Shown here in pieces: positions 40,822 to 51,845 of a stretch of DNA of 64,000 bases. Position 1 is the first letter of the stretch; the number at the start of each line of letters is the position of its first letter. The notes under the pieces are model-generated. The model made no database searches. It worked only from the letters and a program-made list of their open reading frames with translations, and had not been told where the DNA came from. Source of the stretch: Octopus sinensis (taxonomy: Eukaryota); contig NC_043015.1 of NCBI RefSeq assembly GCF_006345805.1, positions 41,106,001-41,170,000 on the forward strand, in the 5' to 3' direction. A program made the position numbers and the translations under genes.

Positions 40822-41312
40822 CACCATCATCTTCATCATTGTTCGACCGTGGTCGAGACAATGGAATTTACCATGCTATGCCAGACTTCACGGTCCATCA
40901 TGGCATTATGGAGGTCCTGTTGCTGGATGCCTGTATCCCTGGAGATTACATCAGGGTAGGAGAGTGTGTGCCCTCTGGTATCGCGAGCAGATGGCTTCCA
41001 GAGGAGAAGAGTAGAAATTACCTCGTTTTCAGCTCTACAACAATGTCCAGCAAACTGGACTCTCTAACCTTTCACAAGAGATGACACAGGTGGTAGTTTC
41101 CCATATATTTGCATTTTGGTTGGATGGCACTTCCACGAGAGATTTTGAGCTCTCATAAGGAGGCGAGTGTAGGTTCCATCCAACCGCCTCTCAAGCTTCT
41201 TTGATAACGTCCAGGTTTCTGAGCCATATAGTAGAATTGGTTTGACTGTGGCTTTGAAGATTTCAAGTTTGAAGTCTCTACTTAGATTTGATGACCAGAT
41301 CTTATGCATGTC
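40822..41312 (-). mobile_element. 5'-truncated RTE-clade LINE (end of RT and C-terminus, (GAT)n tail)
   Basis: Minus-strand translation MHKIWSSNLSRDFKLEIFKATVKPILLYGSETWTLSKKLERRLDGTYTRLLMRAQN...TLSYPDVISRDTGIQQQDLHNAMMDREVWHSMVNSIVSTTVEQ*. ILLYGSETW and M.DR..W motifs are typical of RTE ORF ends. Confidence 0.88.
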
Positions 41313-41896
41313 CCCACCATCACTACTAAACGCTTAATAACTACTACACATGTAACCCAGAATCCTAAAATCTGTTGCTTTCCCAACATGAAAGATTATG
41401 TCTGATGTGTAACTCTCCCTTCACTAATCTTTTTGGGAGTCGATGCACAAGTCAAAGCTTGACTTTGAACAAGCACCACATCTACAGAAGAAATATCCCT
41501 TACAGGGGCAGTATTGGTCCAGACTTACATCCAGACTTTCTCTATTTAATAACAGCTAATGTAAATGTTAGCTGATAAGTTGATTTCCCCAGTCATGTTT
41601 TACATCATATGGCGAGAGGAGCAACAGAGAAAGGGGGAGGGGAAAATTAATATAAGAGGTACAAGATGAGTGCACATACTAGACTTGGTGCCAGGCAATG
41701 AGTAAAGGAACGGCACACACACACAGAGAAAGAATTATAGAGACAGAAGAGTACAAAGGAAAAAAGGGAGCAAATGACAATAGTTACGGCAGGAGTTATA
41801 CAGATGAGAAATTTGTTAATTTTATTAATAAATTTATTTATTTCAATATTTTTCTTTTGAAAATGAGTATTCATTCCCTCCTTGTGTATAAGTTAA

Positions 41897-42522
41897 AGGA
41901 TTTTTACCTTTTGACCGACAGATTTAAGAAATAATTTTTTGTAACTAAACGCTTTCAAACTTCGGACACTGGTAGAATGTGTCATATAAAACATCTTTTA
42001 CTCTTAGCATTTTGGAGAAAAACTTATATTTACGAAGTTATTTCGTGTTAAAGTTCTCGTATTTTGGTAATTTCAACCAATCAATGACGTGTATTCAGGT
42101 GAATAAAATTACTGCCGTTGTTTGTCAACAACAACTATCGGTGGTGTATTTTTCGTTTGTTACTGTTATTTATGACATCATTCGTGAGTTTGTACTGGTT
42201 TTAAGGTTTTAGGGTTAGGGTTAGGGTTTTAGGGTTAGGGTTGTCATAAATAACAGTGGCAAACGAAAAATAAACCGCCGGAAGTTCTTGTTGACAAACA
42301 ATGGCAGTAATTTTATTCAACTGAATACATGTCATTGATTGGTTGAAATTACCGAAATACTACAACTTTAACGTGAAATAACTTTGTAAATATAAGTTTT
42401 TCTCAAAAATGCTAAGAGTAAAAGATGTTTTATATGACACATTCTACCAGTGTCCGAAGTTTGAAAGTGTTTAGTTACAAAAAATTACTTTTTAAATCTG
42501 TCTGTCAAGAGGTAAAGATCCT
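41897..42522. mobile_element. Foldback MITE with ~280-bp inverted arms and a central (TTAGGG)n tract
   Basis: Arms aggatttttaccttttgaccgacagattt... / ...aaatctgtctgtcaagaggtaaagatcct. Direct repeat aagttaa on both flanks (41890-41896, 42523-42529). ttagggttagggttagggttttagggttaggg at 42209-42240. Confidence 0.85.
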
Positions 42523-43179
42523 AAGTTAAACCATAACAATTGTATGTCCGCCATATTTCTTGATATTACCCATGGTGGGTAAAGTATACTTCCAAGTTTA
42601 TCCATCACATGATGGGTAACACTAGTAAATTAAAAAAAACAATATGAAGGGAGATAATTCCAATTAACACAAAGTGCAACAGGCCACGATCGTGGCTGCC
42701 AGGCACAGGTCGATAGGCCAAGATCGTGGCCCAGATAGATGCATTTAATTTATGGGTGTCTTTTGGGGTCTAATATCACTCAGATGCTCTGATACCCCAC
42801 CAAAATGCAAGAGGACTAATAGTTCAACTAATGACTTTTCAGATGATGTAAAACTTGTCACCATTATATATACTAAGAAGATATTTTAACTATTTTTTTT
42901 TTGTTTTTTATGTGTGTATGTTAGTCTCATTTTCATAAAATGTGTTCAGCAGCCCATGCTATGTAAGTGCAAACTCCAGCGCTTTATGGGTTCAGTCAGT
43001 TAATCGAAATTATAGGATTAAATTTGCAGTGTCTAAAAATTTCATTCAACTGACCTTATTGAAGTTATTTCCCTTTAAATTTTACACCCCCTTAAAGACG
43101 GAGATTTCGTGTACTAATACTTGGTTAAGGCCTCTATGTTGACAGAAATCTACCAGCTCGCTACATGATATATATGAAA

Positions 43180-43415
43180 TAAGGCGGCGAACTGGCAGAA
43201 ACGTTAGCACGCCAGGTGAAATTCTTAGCGGTATTTCATCTGCCATTACGGTCTGAGTTCAAATTCCGCCGAGATCGACTTTGCCTTTCATCCTTTCGGG
43301 GTCGATAAATTAAGTACCAGTTACGCACTGGGATCGATGGAATCGACTTAATCCCTTTTGTCTGTTCTTGTTTGTCCCCTCTATGTTTAGCCCCTTGTGG
43401 GCAATAAAGAAATAA
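43180..43415 (+). mobile_element. tRNA-derived SINE family A, representative full copy. Other copies at ~947(+), 4480(-), 4920(-), 8352(+), 9571(+), 15600(+), 18235(+), 18810(+), 19420(+), 23598(+), 25760(-), 26570(-), 29890(-), 30075(-), 43415(+), 45870(-), 56650(+), 58960(+), 59198(+), 63931(+)
   Basis: Head aaggcggcgaactggcagaa.cgttagc (A box) and gagttcaaattcc (B box), body gtcgactttgcctttcatcctttcggggtcgataaattaagtaccag. About 20 copies in the window. Confidence 0.9.
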
Positions 43416-44504
43416 GAACCGTAAACGCATCAGACAAAATGCTTCGCAGCGTTTCTTCTGGCTACGCCGAGGTCAACTTTGCTTTTCATCCTTACGAGGT
43501 CGATAAAATAAGTACCAGTCATGTACTGAGACCAATGTAATCGACTAAACCTCTCTCTTAAAATTGCTAACTTTACACCTAAATTTGAAACTATATTTAT
43601 ATATACGAAACCTCAGAATTTTTCATCCTCCTCTTCAATAAACAGGACGCCATCTTAGGAGTATTTTTACTTATAAACAATTGAACATTTTTGCAGGAGT
43701 TTAATGTTTTCTGAATTAATGCCGGCCTCTAATTCTCAGAAAATAGTCACGACTTTCTAACGAACAATATCAAATCTTCAGAAACATTTCCTGTCCTACC
43801 AAATATGGTTTTATTCCTCATCCCTCACATGTGATATCGTTATATTTGCACGTTTTTGCAATCTTAATATGTAAATTTCTCTATTAGACGTTTTAATTCC
43901 CCGTTAACCAAAAATATACAAAGAAACCAAACCCATCCCCATAAAATAGAACATAGTTCTTAATCTTTCTTTGAAAAAGTGCAAGGGTAAGCGGAAAAAG
44001 AAACAAAATTTGTGTGGTGTGTGTCTTTCAGTCAGACTTGGCTGATGTGATGAAAATAGGATAAACGGTAGGCGTAGGTGCATGTGTGCGTGTATATATG
44101 TATGTATACACACACACACACAAGCACGTATATATTCTAAGTTAAGTGTCTGTGAGAGAATTGCCATGATTTATCTTCTACACCTGTCTGTTTGTCTGTC
44201 TCTCATTCAGAAATGTACGCGTGCCCCTGTTTATATACGTTTATATACACACACACCACACACACACACACATGTATATATAGATATGTGTGTACATATG
44301 ACACAGGTCTATCTGGTTGACCTGGGGTGTATCATGGGTGTTGTGAACTGAGGTTATCAGGTGTTTTGGGTCTTTCAGCATCAGACACCCTCACCCTCAC
44401 GACCCCACTCCACCCGGAGTTGATCAGACTCCCTAGAGGAGTCACACACACACACACACGTACGCATAATGTATACAATTTATGTATACACATATGTGTA
44501 TACA

Positions 44505-44535
<31 letters not shown>

Positions 44536-44566
44536 CATACGTAAGTGTGTATGTATGTATGTATAT

Positions 44567-44960
44567 AGGCGCAGGAGTGGCTGTGTGGTAAGTAGCTTGT
44601 TTACCAACCACATAGTTCCGGGTTCAGTCCCACTGCATGGCACCTTGGGCAAGTGTCTTCTACTATAGCCTCGGGCCGGCCAAAGCCTTGTGAGTGGATT
44701 TGGTAGACGGAAACTGAAAGAAGCCCGTCGTATTTTTATATATACATATGTGTGTTTCTGTGTCTGTTTGTCCCCCTCCCCCAACATCGCTTGACAACCG
44801 ATGCTGGTGTGTTTACGTCCCCGTAACCTAGCGGTTCGGCAAAAGAGACAGATAGAATAAGTAGTAGGCTTACAAAGAATAAATCCTGGGGTCGATTTGC
44901 TCGACTAAAGGCAGTGCTCCAGCATGGCCGCAGTCAAATGAATGAAACAAGTAAAAGAGT
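44567..44960 (+). mobile_element. tRNA-derived SINE family B with CORE-like segment and internal (TA/TG)n, representative. Other copies at ~8797, 19660, 30657, 31528, 32400, 48525, 62533 (+); 57720-58087 and 60715-61075 (-); fragments at 6835, 7280, 7985, 11110, 17850, 21000, 59575
   Basis: ggcgcaggagtggctgtgtggtaag...ggttcagtccc...gcaccttgggcaagt...gaaagaagcc...gctccagcatggccgcagtcaaatga..gaaacaagtaaaagag is repeated many times. Confidence 0.92.
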
Positions 44961-45566
44961 ATATATGCATGCGTATGTGTGTGTGTATGTGTGTGTATAT
45001 ATATATATACATGCATTACATACACGCGGGTATACATACATGTACACATACTGCACTATTTGTAAACCCCACTGTCCTTTGTATTGTATTGTCCTTTGTT
45101 TTTGTGCACGGACCTTGAGGCCAATAAAGAAATAATAATTTTTTTTTTCTTTTTCTTCTTTCGATTTTGTTTCCATTTCTTGTCGAGTGTCCTCTCGACA
45201 CCTATTTTAATGACCTGTCACTGTTATACATTGATAGGCCGTGGGAAAAAAATACACCAGATTGTTAATTTACAAAATCAAATAAAATTATGTAGAAAAG
45301 AAAGAAAGAAAAGACATTTACGAGGGAGGTAATCGTTTAGTTAAGGTGCATGGCCTAATGGTTTGGGTATTGCACTCATGATCGCTAGGTAATGAGTTCG
45401 ATTCCCATACCGTGCAACGCGTTGTGTTCTTGAGCAAAACATTTTATTTCACGTTGATCTACGATCATTTTCGACACCTGACATGTAGCACACTTGTGCA
45501 CCTGTACAGGTAATATCAATTTGATGGAGGAAGTAAGCCAATGTACAGCTCATGCATTTGATCACG

Positions 45567-45845
45567 GATCTTTCCACTTTGACCGACAGATTTTAAAAAT
45601 AATTTCTTTGTAACTAAACACTTTTAAACTTCGTATACTGGTAGAATGTGTTACATAAAACATCTTTTTCTCTTGGCTTTCTTGAGAAAATCCTGTAGTT
45701 TGTAAGCTATTTGTTGTTTAATTTCTTGCATTTCGGCAATTTCAACCAATCAGTGGCGTCTATTGAGGTGAATACAATATCTGCTGTATTTTGTCAACAT
45801 TTTCTGGCGGTGTCATATGAATTTGTCACTGTTATTTATGACATA
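45567..45845 (+). mobile_element. Diverged single-arm copy of the 41897 foldback family
   Basis: ggatctttccactttgaccgacagatttt...tttgtaactaaacac...ctggtagaatgtg...aatttcaaccaatca...ctgttatttatgaca is collinear with the left arm. Confidence 0.75.
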
Positions 45846-48313
45846 TTTCATATCAGTTATGTTCGTATGAATAAAAGATTATCGACCCTAGTGCTTCACT
45901 GGTACTTAATTTATCGACCCTGAAAGGATGAAAGGCAAAGTTGACCCTGGCAGCATTTGAAATCAGAACCTAAATACAGGCGAAATACCGCTCAAGCTTT
46001 TTGCCCGGCATGCTAACGATTCTGCCAGCTCGCCGCCTTCCAGAACAATCAAATCAATTATACATATGAAATAAACTTTATTCTCATTTACATATTTTCT
46101 ATGTTATCTCAATAACCATCTAAAGTTATTTCAAATACACTTCTCTACAACGAAAAGGTTTCAATACAAAATGAAAATAGTTTCCCACTTTAAATTTGAA
46201 CCAAAATTACAAAGTGTTGCATTACGAGAGTGACAATGTGTGAATAATGAAAGTAATCTTTCTCCGAATTAGTCACATGTGTATTATAATAAAGAAAGCT
46301 GCTTATTATTTATCCTCCAAATAAACTATGTTTTTGACTCAACAACTCTTTTTTACAACTAAAATAACCTCGGTAACTAGGTTGGGTTGCACAATTTTGA
46401 AGTCATTTTTTAACAATATTTTGATTTGCTTCTAATGTATCACTTTCGTCCGATGTTTCACACATACGTAGAATTCTAAAGAGACAAACATTTATGAAAA
46501 TGTACGCATAAATATTGTATTGATATAAGTCACAACCAAAAAGTTGCATTGAAAGACATCCATTTTTCTATATGTTATGAGGAAATACAGCCTCACTCTC
46601 TCTCTCTCTCTCTCTCTCACTCTTTCTTTCTCTCTCTCACGCACAAAAAAGATGTATGCATATGTATTTATGGGCGAAGATCAAGAATACGCACTCCTGG
46701 TGTTTAGGGTCAGGGTTACGCCGAAAACGGGTGGTGTGCGTATTCTTTACCTCCGCTTATTTATGTACGTGTATATGAAAGATAATGTGTGAGAGAGAGA
46801 GAGAGAGAGAGAGTGAGTGCCACTTGCACATACATACAAAACATTTCATAATCATAACACACACCTTCACTCACTCACTCACTCTTTCTCTCTCTCTCTC
46901 TTTCCCTCACACACACGTCCTTTTCATAGACACCTACATCTCACACTTTCTCCCCTCTTTTACTTTCTCCTCTCACTTCAAAGTAAATGTCACCTTTTCC
47001 CTTTATCCTCTCTTTTAATTTCTGCTCTCTTCAAAGCATGCAGAAATTAAAACAGTTTTATGGAAATTAACGAACAATCATATGATCCCATATATGTCAA
47101 GTTTACAACTTTGCTTCTTCAAATGAAAGAATGCTATAAAATAACTTCCTTCGACACACACTTACACACTCCAGGTAAAACTTCTGTGCAAATTATGTTA
47201 ATTCTTGCAGTGTGCACGTTCAAATTTACAGTTCAAACCCAATTGAAATTATCTTTTTCTATTGTGTAACTTGTGTTTGTGACGAGCGTATTTAAAAACC
47301 TGATCTTCGATATAAACTTAAAAGGAAGTTTTCTTAGAAATCCTGTCCTTTACCTCTTCTTTCTAGCATGTCCGAGGTGACATTTCCGTCTCCCACCCAT
47401 TACTTTTTTCCCCCTAAATTTCTTCCGATTCCTATGTTTGCGATACAGGAGATCAGGATTTCATCCACAAAACACGTTCTCAATATTTTAATTTTTCTCC
47501 CTCTCCCCACCAAATTAATTTTTTACTTTTAAAAAATTTTTATTCTTGGTAATCCATGGAGAAAAAAAACAGAGTACGAATGTTTAAGAATTTTACCCAT
47601 CATCTCACTACCTTCAAAAAGCTACATACTTACAATGTTTCACTTTTAGCTTTTTGGAAAGCAAGGAAGTTTCTTCAGAAATAATGTCGTTTACCAGTTG
47701 TTTCTAGCATGTCGGGTTTTCTGGTGGTGGTCTGGTATTTTTTAAGTCTACTATTTCAGTAGAATTCAGCACATTCGGGAAACATCAGACAAAAGTAAAA
47801 GATTGGGAGATTTTAGCTTTTTGCAAGCTGATGGGTGATGTGTGTGCTAGGTGGGAAAGGGGTATTGAGTGTTTCTTTAAAAAAAAATAAACTATAAAAT
47901 AAATATATATTTCTTAGATTCGTAATCTCTGTATTTTTCTAAGTAGATAATAATAAAAAAAAAGTGAAAAAAGTTACAAATTAAGAAATTCCAGTGGGGA
48001 TAGAGGGAAATAAAAATTTTGAAAACGTAATTTCTGAACAAAATCATATTAACTCCGTTTTATACGATGAAACAATACATAGTTTCTGATCTTTTTAAGA
48101 ACAGAGAGCACTTTCATGCAAACCCATGCAATTTATACCCTCGCCTTTCACTATTAAACAAAAATTAACTCCCATTATTCCATCAACTATATATCAGCTG
48201 TGCCGATTCTGTCCATAAGAATGGAGCAAATAATACAATGTACTTGTAGAGCAAACACCCGCGCAACCCCGAGATGCATTGCTAGTACGTCTGTACGAAT
48301 ATATATATACATA

Positions 48314-48495
48314 TTTTATTTAAAAGCAGCAGAAATTTAACAAAAACGGTTACTCGGAGTTTCACATTCCCGTTCGTCGGACAACTGTCTGACAAACGGG
48401 ATTCTGCTGCTTTTAAATAAAGCATATTACTCTACCTCTGGTATTTGAGTACTCTTTTTCCCACCTTGTTTCACATTTATGGGTTTACTCCGGTA
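48314..48495 (-). mobile_element. Penelope-like remnant with internal inversion and hammerhead-like motif (48345-48386)
   Basis: Inverted pair ttatttaaaagcagcagaa / ttctgctgcttttaaataa. Minus strand reads AGUUGU-CCGACGA-ACG[GGAA]UGU-GAA-ACUC[C]GAGU-A-ACCGUU. Confidence 0.45.
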
Positions 48496-49386
48496 TATAT
48501 ATACATATAGATATATATGTGTGTGTTGGCTGTGAGGTAAGTAGCTTGTCTACCAACCACATGGTTCCGGGTTCAGTCCCACTGCGTGGCACCTTGGGCA
48601 AGTGTCTTCTACTATAGCCTCGGGTCGATCAAAGCCTTGTGAGTGGATTTGGTAGGCGGAAACTGAAAGAAGCCCGTCGTATATATGTATATATATATGC
48701 GTGTGTGCGTTTGTGTATCTGTGTTTGTCCCCTAGCATTGCTTGATAACCGATGCTGGTGTGTTTATGTCCCCGTTACTTAGCTGTTCGGCGAAAGAGAC
48801 CGATAGAATAAGTACTGGGCTTACAAAAGAATAAGTCCCGGGGTCGAGTTGCTCGATTAAAGGCGGTACTCCAGCATGGCCGCAGTCAAATGACTGAAAC
48901 AAGTAAAAGAGTAAAAAAAAAATAAAAGAGAGTATCGTTTTCTAGAGCGTGAATGTGGGTTGTATGTGTGTGTGTGTGGGAGTATGAATAAGTATTGTGT
49001 TGAAGTATTTAGCTATTTTATTTATTTATAGTTGCCTAGACGTTTTTATGTGTATGTATAGGGATATATATAGGTGTGTGATTTAGTGTATGTAGTTAGA
49101 TATGGTTATATATAATTAGGTATATGTGTATGGGTGTATATATAGTTTATTATTATATTATTATTATTTTTATATTTTTTTGTTTTGTTTTATATTTTAT
49201 ATTTTATATTTTATATTTAATTGTTGATAGGTTTATTTTAGTTTATATATTGTTTATATATTGATTATATATGGATTATATATAGGTTATATATGGATTA
49301 TATATTTATATTTTTTCATTCATACTTTAATTATTTTAAAATTATTATTTTTATATTTTAAAATATTGATATTTTAGATTGGAAGT

Positions 49387-49429
49387 CCACCTGAAGATTG
49401 TCGATCAAGATAAGAAACAATTGTAGTGG
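49387..49429 (+). ncRNA. Minimal type I hammerhead ribozyme, core intact
   Basis: CCAC-CUGAAGA-UUGUC[GAUCAA]GAUAA-GAA-ACAAUUGU-A-GUGG. Stem I CCAC/GUGG, core CUGANGA, 5-bp stem II, GAA, self-complementary stem III, GUA cleavage triplet. Confidence 0.75.
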
Positions 49430-50015
49430 CGGTTTTTTTGACTATTTATTAAAATTTTATGTATTGATTAAGTCTTTCCTTGTTTGTTTTGCAAAATAGT
49501 GGTTTTGTCTCTAATAATATTTTATATATATACATATATATATATACTATCAATACACACACACACAATCAAATTGTCCATTCATCTTCCCTACATTATC
49601 TTTCCATACAAACCACCTCTCTACCTATTTCACTACAGGTATAGTAAAAACTTCTTCGAAAGCTTTGTGTGCGCGGCTGTACCTGAGCTAATCGTGTATA
49701 CCTGTGTGTACTCTACACACACAAATACATGCATACCTTTGCACTTGTATCTACCTTTATCCGTCCGTCTCTTTGGTGATACCTGATCTCTACCCTGAAT
49801 ATCTTCACCACCACCACCACCACTTTACCTGCCTTCTTTACTCTATCTTTTCTTCTATCTATTCTCTCTCTTTCTTTTTCCTTCATCACCTCATCTCCCT
49901 CTTCCCTTTCTTCTTTCACTGATGCTCTCACGTCCACACCTTCCTCTCTATCACCACCATCTCAAATATTGCCATCACCACCACCACCACCACCACTAGT
50001 ACTACTACCACCGCC

Positions 50016-50046
<31 letters not shown>

Positions 50047-50214
50047 CTACAATCATTAACATCGCCACCACCCTACCATCACTGTAGCTGCTACTGCTAC
50101 TACTACTACTACTATCATTACTACCACCACCATCATCAGTGTTCTTATTACTACTACTACTACTACTATTTCTACTACTACTATTACCACCACCACCACC
50201 ACCACCACCACCAT

Positions 50215-50266
<52 letters not shown>

Positions 50267-50554
50267 ACTACTACTACTATCATCACTACCATCATCATCA
50301 CCATCACTCTCCTATCTTTACCTGTTTCTCGCCTTCGTCTCTCTCTCTCTCTCTCTCTCTAGCAACTATTGTAGAAGAGAGAGAGAGTGAGAGAAAGAGA
50401 TTGTGTGGGATAATCCGGGATAGAAGTTTTATAAGAAACAAACAAAAAGAAAGAAAAATATTTCTTCTGTCGATGACTCATTCAATTTTTCGTCTTCTTT
50501 ATTCCCTCTCGTTTCCTTCATCTCCCAATCCAGTTACTAGTCTCTCTCTTATAT

Positions 50555-50680
50555 CTCTTACCCTTTCTAATCTCTTACTCTTTCATATCTATACCCCTCT
50601 CTCTATATCACAACTCTTTCTATTCTTTAGCGCTCTGCCTCCCTCTCTCTGTAGTCCCTTTTACTCTTTCATATCTATAC

Positions 50681-50711
<31 letters not shown>

Positions 50712-51845
50712 ACAACTCTTTCTACTCTTTTAGCGCTCTGCCTCCCTCTCTCTCTCTCTCTGTATTCTCTTCTACTCTTTCATATCTGTACCTCTCTCTC
50801 TCTCTCACAACTCTTTCTACTCTTTTAATGCTCGGCCTCCCTCTCTCTGTATTCCCTTCTACTCTTTCATATCCATACCTCTCTCTGTCTATCTCACAAC
50901 TCTTTCTACTCTTTTAGCGCTCTGCCTCGCCTCTCTCTGTATTCTCTTCTACTCTTTCATATCTATACCTCTCTCTCTCTCTCTATTTCACAACTCTTTC
51001 TACTCTTTTAATGCTCGGCCTCCCTCTCTCTCTATTCTCTTCTGCTCTTTCATATCTATACCCCTCTCTCTCTATCTCACAAATCTTTTAGCGCTCTGCC
51101 TCCCTCTCTCTGTATTCTCTTCTACTCTTTCATATCTTTACTCCTCTCTCTCTTACTCTGTCTTTGACGTTACCGCTTCCTTCACCTCTTCCGTCCTCTT
51201 TCTGACGTTTCCTTCTCTTTGTTTCTTCCACCCCCCTTTCCTCACCTATTACTTTCTTCCTCTCTGTCTCTTTTACTGACTCTTGCTCCCTCCTCCACCT
51301 CTGTCTCTCTGCTTCCTCTTCCCATACAAACTTCTGCTTGACGTTCCACTTGTTGTTTCCTCTCTCTCTCACTCGCTCACCCTCTTTCTCTCTATACACG
51401 GTCTCCCCTTCCTCCTTCGACTTTCTTACTCTCTCTTTCCACCACACACTCACTTCCTCACTCACTCACATTTTCTCTCTCTCTTACACATTAACTTTCT
51501 CCCTCTCTCTCTGTGCCTTTCTACTCTTTTGTTCAGATCTCTTAGTCTTTCTTCTTTCTCAGATCTCTTAGTCTTTCTTACTCTCCCTTTCCACCACACT
51601 CTCACTTCCTCACTCACTCACATTTTCTCTCTCTCTTACTTATTAACTTTCTCCCTCTCTCTCTCTGTGCCTTTCTACTCTTTTGTTCAGATCTCTTAGT
51701 CTTTCTCTTTCTCAGATCTCTTAGTCTTTCTTACTCTCCCTTTCCACCACACTCTCACTTCCTCTTACTCATTAACTTTCTCCCTCTCACTCACTCTTTC
51801 TCTCTGCCTTTCTATTCTTTTGTTCAGATCTCTTAGTCTTTCCCT
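50555..51845. repeat. Pyrimidine-rich minisatellites: ~90-bp unit about 6-7 times, then duplicated blocks with ttgttcagatctcttagtctttc
   Basis: ctctttcatatc.atac(ct)n..tcacaactctttctactctttta.cgctctgcctccctctctctgtatt is repeated over 50555-51135. The second family spans 51370-51845. Confidence 0.9.

Noticed and set aside
40732-41084. Plus-strand ORFs downstream of the array as further mucin exons
   Set aside because: Most of this interval is the antisense of the RTE LINE C-terminus (40822-41312).
42209-42240. True telomere or chromosome fusion site
   Set aside because: Only about five units, single orientation, inside a MITE loop.
43180-43270. tRNA genes
   Set aside because: A and B boxes belong to SINE heads; no complete cloverleaf with acceptor stem was found.
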